From positions 24,474-48,473 of the forward strand of contig NZ_JAACYS010000015.1 in assembly GCF_009996845.1 (NCBI RefSeq): a stretch of DNA of 24,000 nt, given 5' to 3'. The position numbers were made by a program, and so were the translations under genes. The notes under the pieces were generated by a model that saw only the letters and a program-made list of their open reading frames with translations, was not told the origin of the DNA and made no database searches. This DNA is from Pallidibacillus pasinlerensis (GTDB taxonomy: Bacteria > Bacillota > Bacilli > Bacillales > Caldibacillaceae). Below are positions 19,353 through 24,000 of the stretch, one piece after another. Within the stretch, counting starts at the first letter, position 1, and each line of letters opens with the position of its first letter.

Positions 19353-19377
19353 GGGCTGATTTAATCAGCCCTATTTT
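19353..19377 (+). terminator. Probable terminator after signal peptidase gene
   Basis: GGGCTGA-TTTAA-TCAGCCC-TATTTT. Confidence 0.65.
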
Positions 19378-19434
19378 AATTATATATAGTTTTTCCGAAT
19401 TGAAATTGTTATAATTCTACTGAGGTGAAAGAGT

Positions 19435-19944
19435 TTGAAACAACAAGAGATTAAAATGAAGGATACTAAAGTGACAAAAACATCACTTGTTTTGCCACCT
19501 GATACAAATTCCCATGGCACTTTATTTGGCGGTAAATTACTATCATACATAGATGATATTGCTTCAATATCTGCATTGAAACTTTGTCGAAAACCAGTTG
19601 TAACCGCGTCAATCGATTCAGTAGACTTTATTCAACCAATTCGTGAAGGTGATGCTGTCACATTAGAAGCAATGGTAACATGGACAGGACAAACTTCGAT
19701 GGAAGTACTTGTAAAAATTACAACGGAAGACTTATTGACAGGAGAAAAAGTTTTGGCAGCTTTATCATTTCTTACTTTCGTCGCACTAGATGAAAATGGA
19801 AAACCAACCTTAGTTCCGAAGGTAGTTCCTGAAACAGATAAGGAAAAATGGTTAAATTCTGGTGGTGAACAACGAGCAAAATATAGAAAGATGCGGAGAT
19901 CCCATAGTAAAGAGCTCATTGAATTTTTCAATGATAACGAATAG
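19435..19944 (+). CDS. Acyl-CoA thioesterase (hot-dog fold, YkhA/BACH-like)
   Basis: TSLVLPPDTNSHGTLFGGKLLSYIDDIASISALKLCRKPVVTASIDSVDFIQPIREGD is characteristic of acyl-CoA hydrolases. Confidence 0.88.
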   Translation: MKQQEIKMKDTKVTKTSLVLPPDTNSHGTLFGGKLLSYIDDIASISALKLCRKPVVTASIDSVDFIQPIREGDAVTLEAMVTWTGQTSMEVLVKITTEDLLTGEKVLAALSFLTFVALDENGKPTLVPKVVPETDKEKWLNSGGEQRAKYRKMRRSHSKELIEFFNDNE

Positions 19945-19959
19945 TTAGGAGTGGCTGAA

Positions 19960-20529
19960 GTGAAAAGATGTGGTTGGGTAACAGATGACCCGATATACAT
20001 TCAGTATCATGACAATGAATGGGGAGTACCAGTATTTGATGATCAACAACTATTCGAAATGCTAACTCTAGAAGGAGCACAAGCTGGATTAAGCTGGATT
20101 ACAATATTAAAGCGACGAGAAAATTATAAACAGGCCTTTGATCAATTTATCATTGAAAAGGTAGCGAATTATTCTGAGGAAAAAATACAAGCTTTACTTC
20201 AAAACGAAAAAATTATTCGTAACGAGAAAAAAATTCGTTCTGCTGTTACAAATGCAAAACGAATTATAGATATACAAGAAGAATACGGTAGTTTCTCAAA
20301 TTTTCTCTGGAGCTATGTAAACCATCAACCAATTATTAATCATTGGTCAACGCTAGAAGAAGTTCCTGCAAATACTGAATTAAGCAAAACGATTAGTAAA
20401 GATTTAAAGAAAAGAAGCTTTGCATTTATAGGTCCGACTATTATTTATTCATTTATGCAAGCAATTGGTATGGTTAATGATCATCTAATTACATGTTTTT
20501 GTCATCCAAATCAAAAAGGATTCAATTGA
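19960..20529 (+). CDS. tag: DNA-3-methyladenine glycosylase I (GTG 19960 preferred over 19951)
   Basis: RCGWVTDDPIYIQYHDNEWGVPVFDDQQLFEMLTLEGAQAGLSWITILKRRENY...FIGPTIIYSFMQAIGMVNDHLITCFCH. The AGGAG at 19947-19951 spaces correctly to 19960. Confidence 0.93.
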   Translation: MKRCGWVTDDPIYIQYHDNEWGVPVFDDQQLFEMLTLEGAQAGLSWITILKRRENYKQAFDQFIIEKVANYSEEKIQALLQNEKIIRNEKKIRSAVTNAKRIIDIQEEYGSFSNFLWSYVNHQPIINHWSTLEEVPANTELSKTISKDLKKRSFAFIGPTIIYSFMQAIGMVNDHLITCFCHPNQKGFN

Positions 20530-20615
20530 TATACAATCTAGATGATTTAAAGGTCTTATTTACCATAACTATACTAGTATTGATTTTAAAAACTTATAAC
20601 GCTTAATCATACAAT

Positions 20616-20667
20616 AGCCTGACTGAATGAAATGTACATAGGATTTCTAGGTCAGGTTTTTTTCTTT
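20616..20667 (+). terminator. Probable terminator downstream of tag
   Basis: AGCCTGAC...GTCAGGTTTTTTTCTTTT: 8-bp stem (one G-U pair) with strong T tract. Confidence 0.65.
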
Positions 20668-21091
20668 TAAAAAAGAATATTGCAATCGATCTATTATCAG
20701 TTATAATATAATTAAACTTCAGAATATAAAAAATATTAAGGAAATAAATAACAAGATGACAAATCTCTCCTCCTCCTATGAGTGATATAGAAAATGAAGT
20801 TTACATATTTAAACCTTTTATCCCATTATTAATTAATTAGTATAGATACACCTTGTATCGAAATCGCTTACAATGCATTTTTCAAAAACCATATTTTCTA
20901 TGACATTTAATAAACAACAGACCAATGTTTTACTCACTTTATATATTACATCTATATATAACAATGCCATGCTTTTTATGAATAGTTGAATATTTGGGGG
21001 TGATAATTAATTTATCAATTTTGTATATCGAAAAGTAAATGTCAAGGAGTATTAATAAAAATGGCAACTGTCTGTTAAGAGGAGGGTTTTT

Positions 21092-22702
21092 ATGTCTAAT
21101 AAAGTTTGGCAAAAATTTTATCCCGCACATATTAAAAGTGAAATAGACATACCAAATGTCTCATTACCTGAAATGTTAAATGAAACAATTAAAAAATATC
21201 CTAATCATGCTGCTATATACTTTTTTGGAAAGGAAATTTCTTATACACAATTAGGAAAGTTAACCGATCTATTTGGAGCGGCATTGCAGGAAAAAGGGAT
21301 AAAAAAGGGCGAACGAGTAGCCATTATGTTACCTAACTGTCCGCAATATATTATTAGTTACTATGGAACATTGAAGGCAGGAAATATAGTAACACAAGTG
21401 AACCCAATGTATACTCCGCATGAATTAGAATACCTCCTAAAAGACTCAAGTGCAAAAGCAATTGTCGTTTATGAACCATTAATCCCAGTTTTACAACAAG
21501 TCATTGATAAAACCTCTATCGAACTCGTTATAAAAGTAAACTTCAAAGGGGTCACTAGTCAAGAAGAGGCTATTATTGACTTCGATACATTTATAACATC
21601 CGCAAAAAAACCTATTCAACAAGTTAACATTAAACCGGAAGAAGATATTGCAGTTTTACAATATACGGGTGGAACGACTGGACGTTCAAAAGGTGCTATG
21701 TTGACCCATCGAAATTTGTACGCAAATGTTCTACAATGCTACGAGTTTTTTAAAGACTTTATCAATCTTGGAGAGGATCGCAGATTATCCGTTATACCGT
21801 TTTTCCATGTGTATGGTATGACATCATGTATGAATTTAACTATTTTTACAGGCTCAATGAATATTATTCTACCAAGATTTGAAGTGGAAGAAGTTTTAGA
21901 AACAATTAAAAACACAAAACCAACATCATTCCCTGGTGTTCCAACGATGTATATAGCCTTAATTAACCACCCGAATGCACAAAAATACGGAATTGATAGT
22001 ATTAAAGTCGTAAATAGTGGTAGTGCTCCAATGCCTGTTGAAGTGATGAAGTCCTTTGAACAACAGACAGGGGCAAAAATTCTCGAAGGTTATGGATTAT
22101 CTGAAGCCTCTCCGACAACACACTGTAACCCGATATTCGGTACGAGGAAACCTGGTAGTGTTGGGATAGGTTTACCGAATACAGATTATAAAATAGTTGA
22201 TTTAGAAACGGGTACTCAAGACTTAAAACCTGGCGAAATTGGAGAGTTGATTATTAAAGGACCACAAGTGATGAAAGGTTATTGGAATATGCCAGAAGAA
22301 ACAGCGAATACACTTAGAAATGGGTGGTTATTCACAGGAGATATCGCTTATATGGATGATGATGGTTATTTATATATTGTAGATAGGAAAAAAGATATGA
22401 TTATTGCTAGTGGTTATAATGTTTATCCACGGGAAGTGGAAGAAGTACTTTATGAACATCCTTCAATAAAAGAGGCTGTTGTCATTGGCGTTCCTGATGC
22501 ATATCGAGGGGAAAATGTGAAAGCCGTTGTTGTTTTAAAAGAAGGTGAACACTTAAGTGAAAATGAGTTAATGGATTACTGTCGGGAAAAACTAGCATCG
22601 TACAAAGTACCTAGAATAGTAGAGTTTCGAGAAGAATTACCGAAATCAAGTATAGGAAAAATTTTACGAAGAACAATAAGAGAAGAAACATTAGAAAAAT
22701 AA
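21092..22702 (+). CDS. Long-chain fatty-acid-CoA ligase / AMP-forming acyl-CoA synthetase
   Basis: 536 aa; YTGGTTGRSKGAMLTHRNL, GYGLSEASPTTHCNP, GWLFTGDIAYMDDDGYLYIVDRKKDMIIASGYNVYPREVEEVL, PKSSIGKILRR; RBS GAGGAGGG. Confidence 0.95.
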   Translation: MSNKVWQKFYPAHIKSEIDIPNVSLPEMLNETIKKYPNHAAIYFFGKEISYTQLGKLTDLFGAALQEKGIKKGERVAIMLPNCPQYIISYYGTLKAGNIVTQVNPMYTPHELEYLLKDSSAKAIVVYEPLIPVLQQVIDKTSIELVIKVNFKGVTSQEEAIIDFDTFITSAKKPIQQVNIKPEEDIAVLQYTGGTTGRSKGAMLTHRNLYANVLQCYEFFKDFINLGEDRRLSVIPFFHVYGMTSCMNLTIFTGSMNIILPRFEVEEVLETIKNTKPTSFPGVPTMYIALINHPNAQKYGIDSIKVVNSGSAPMPVEVMKSFEQQTGAKILEGYGLSEASPTTHCNPIFGTRKPGSVGIGLPNTDYKIVDLETGTQDLKPGEIGELIIKGPQVMKGYWNMPEETANTLRNGWLFTGDIAYMDDDGYLYIVDRKKDMIIASGYNVYPREVEEVLYEHPSIKEAVVIGVPDAYRGENVKAVVVLKEGEHLSENELMDYCREKLASYKVPRIVEFREELPKSSIGKILRRTIREETLEK

Positions 22703-22745
22703 AAAAATCAGTTAATTCTTTTCCGTCAATTTTATAAAAATTTTA

Positions 22746-22772
22746 TTGGAAGCAGCTTTCTTGGCTGCTTCT
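22746..22772 (+). terminator. Weak hairpin downstream of the acyl-CoA ligase
   Basis: GAAGCAG...CTGCTTC inverted repeat; lacks a strong T tract. Confidence 0.35.
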
Positions 22773-22939
22773 ACTATTGTATTAAAAGTAATATTGAATA
22801 CTTGCTAAAAAGATTAAGTAGCCTTAAAATGAAAATATAGTCCGAAAAATCTGAAATAACAAATAAATCGATCGATAAAATTAATTTACCTTAACTAGAA
22901 TAATACAAATACTATTAGATAGTTTGAAAGGATGATTGA

Positions 22940-23683
22940 ATGAGGTTGCAAGGTAAGGTAACGATTATTACCGGTGGAGGAGGTGGGATTGGTAGAGCTA
23001 CAGCAGTTCGCTTTGCTCAAGAAGGTGCACGACTTTTGATAGCAGATTTAAATGAAGAAGAAAGTATTACAACAGTTAATTTAGTAAAAGAAATAGGCGG
23101 TACTGCTGAATTTATTAGAACTGATGTTACGAAAGCGGAAGAAGTAGAAAAAATGGTAGATGAGACAATACGTATATTCGGAAAACTAGATATTTTATTT
23201 AATAATGCAGGAACAGGAAGCGGTGAGAAAAAAATTCCTGATATTAACCTTGAAGACTGGCAGCGGGTAATTGATGTTAATTTAACAGGAGTTTTCCTCG
23301 GATTAAAATATGCATTACCTAAAATGCAGTCAGGAGGTGCAATAATAAACACATCTAGTATTGCTGGAATAAAAGGACAAAAACTACTTGGACCTTACAC
23401 CGCTTCGAAAAGTAGTGTAATTGCATTAACAAAAGCAGCCTCAACAGAATTTGGTAGGAAAAATATACGTGTAAATGCAATTGCACCTGGAGTAATAGAA
23501 ACTAACATGGTAAGTGATTGGAAAAAAACCGATAAATGGCCTATTTTATCTACCGCAAATGCTTTAAAAAGAATTGGAAAACCAGAAGAAGTTGCCAATG
23601 CGGTATTATTTTTAGTATCAGATGAAGCTTCTTTTATTACTGGAGAAACTTTAATAATAGATGGTGGAACTTTAAATCTTTGA
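22940..23683 (+). CDS. Short-chain dehydrogenase/reductase (FabG-like)
   Basis: ITGGGGGIGRATA, NNAG, S-x12-Y-x3-K (SSIAGIKGQKLLGPYTASKS), ITGETLIIDGG. Confidence 0.93.
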   Translation: MRLQGKVTIITGGGGGIGRATAVRFAQEGARLLIADLNEEESITTVNLVKEIGGTAEFIRTDVTKAEEVEKMVDETIRIFGKLDILFNNAGTGSGEKKIPDINLEDWQRVIDVNLTGVFLGLKYALPKMQSGGAIINTSSIAGIKGQKLLGPYTASKSSVIALTKAASTEFGRKNIRVNAIAPGVIETNMVSDWKKTDKWPILSTANALKRIGKPEEVANAVLFLVSDEASFITGETLIIDGGTLNL

Positions 23684-23852
23684 AATTAAAATATAAAGCA
23701 ATGTGTAGAAGAGCTTAATTGATTAATAAAATTTACAGAAAAAGGTAAAAAGTTGAAACATAGAAACTCGTGACGTTACATTTGATTTTGATTATAGTAA
23801 TTTACAGACTCATAAGTATCAAAACTTATGTAAGTAAAAATTTCAATGTTTA

Positions 23853-23872
23853 TTGATTGAATATTCATTCAA
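23853..23872. promoter_or_regulatory. FadR (Bacillus-type) operator
   Basis: TTGATTGAATATTCATTCAA, 19/20 match to recalled consensus WTGAATGAMTANTCATTCAW; 38 bp before an enoyl-CoA hydratase start. Confidence 0.7.
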
Positions 23873-23910
23873 TATATCAATTTATAAAATAAAAATTAGG
23901 AGGTTTTACA

Positions 23911-24000
23911 ATGTCTGAAAAACATGTATTAAAAGAAGTGTTAGATGGCGTTTTATATTTAAAATTAAATCGTCCTGAACGATTAAATGCCTTTAGTCCA
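23911..24000 (+). CDS. Enoyl-CoA hydratase/isomerase family protein (3'-truncated by window edge)
   Basis: ATG 23911 with TTAGGAGG upstream; MSEKHVLKEVLDGVLYLKLNRPERLNAFSP matches the crotonase N-terminus. Confidence 0.85.
   Translation, partial: MSEKHVLKEVLDGVLYLKLNRPERLNAFSP

Noticed and set aside
20939-21130. 63-aa minus-strand ORF in the long intergenic region
   Set aside because: Low complexity of hydrophobic/Ile/Lys residues and overlaps the ligase RBS; not supported as coding.

Overview
This is a low-GC Firmicute (Bacillaceae-like) chromosomal segment. It is mostly recognisable core genes laid out partly like the Bacillus subtilis spoVK-hflX-ynbB-(glnR)-glnA and lexA-yneA-yneB-ynzC-(tkt)-sirA-yneF-ccdA-yneI-yneK regions. 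Other content: a riboflavin operon behind an FMN riboswitch, a heterodimeric ABC exporter pair (BmrC/BmrD-like), a type II pantothenate kinase gene carrying a frameshift, a protein with two duplicated P-loop halves, signal peptidase I, an acyl-CoA thioesterase, 3-methyladenine glycosylase I, and the start of a fatty-acid degradation cluster preceded by a near-perfect FadR-type operator. I found no convincing new defence system, CRISPR array, prophage or transposon. The items most worth following up are departures from the canonical layout. (1) glnR is absent from its usual place and a decayed DNA-alkylation-repair gene sits there. (2) The rib operon lacks ribD and the GTP cyclohydrolase II half of RibBA. 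(3) The YneA-like SOS division inhibitor has no room for a LysM domain, and its promoter region carries four LexA-box-like sites. (4) An uncharacterised protein has two Walker A motifs in tandem homologous halves. (5) coaW is frameshifted at a poly-A run. (6) Regulatory sites (Spo0A, FadR, CRE-like, attenuator-like hairpins) are readable directly in the sequence. All family assignments come from remembered motifs and synteny; no database search was run.
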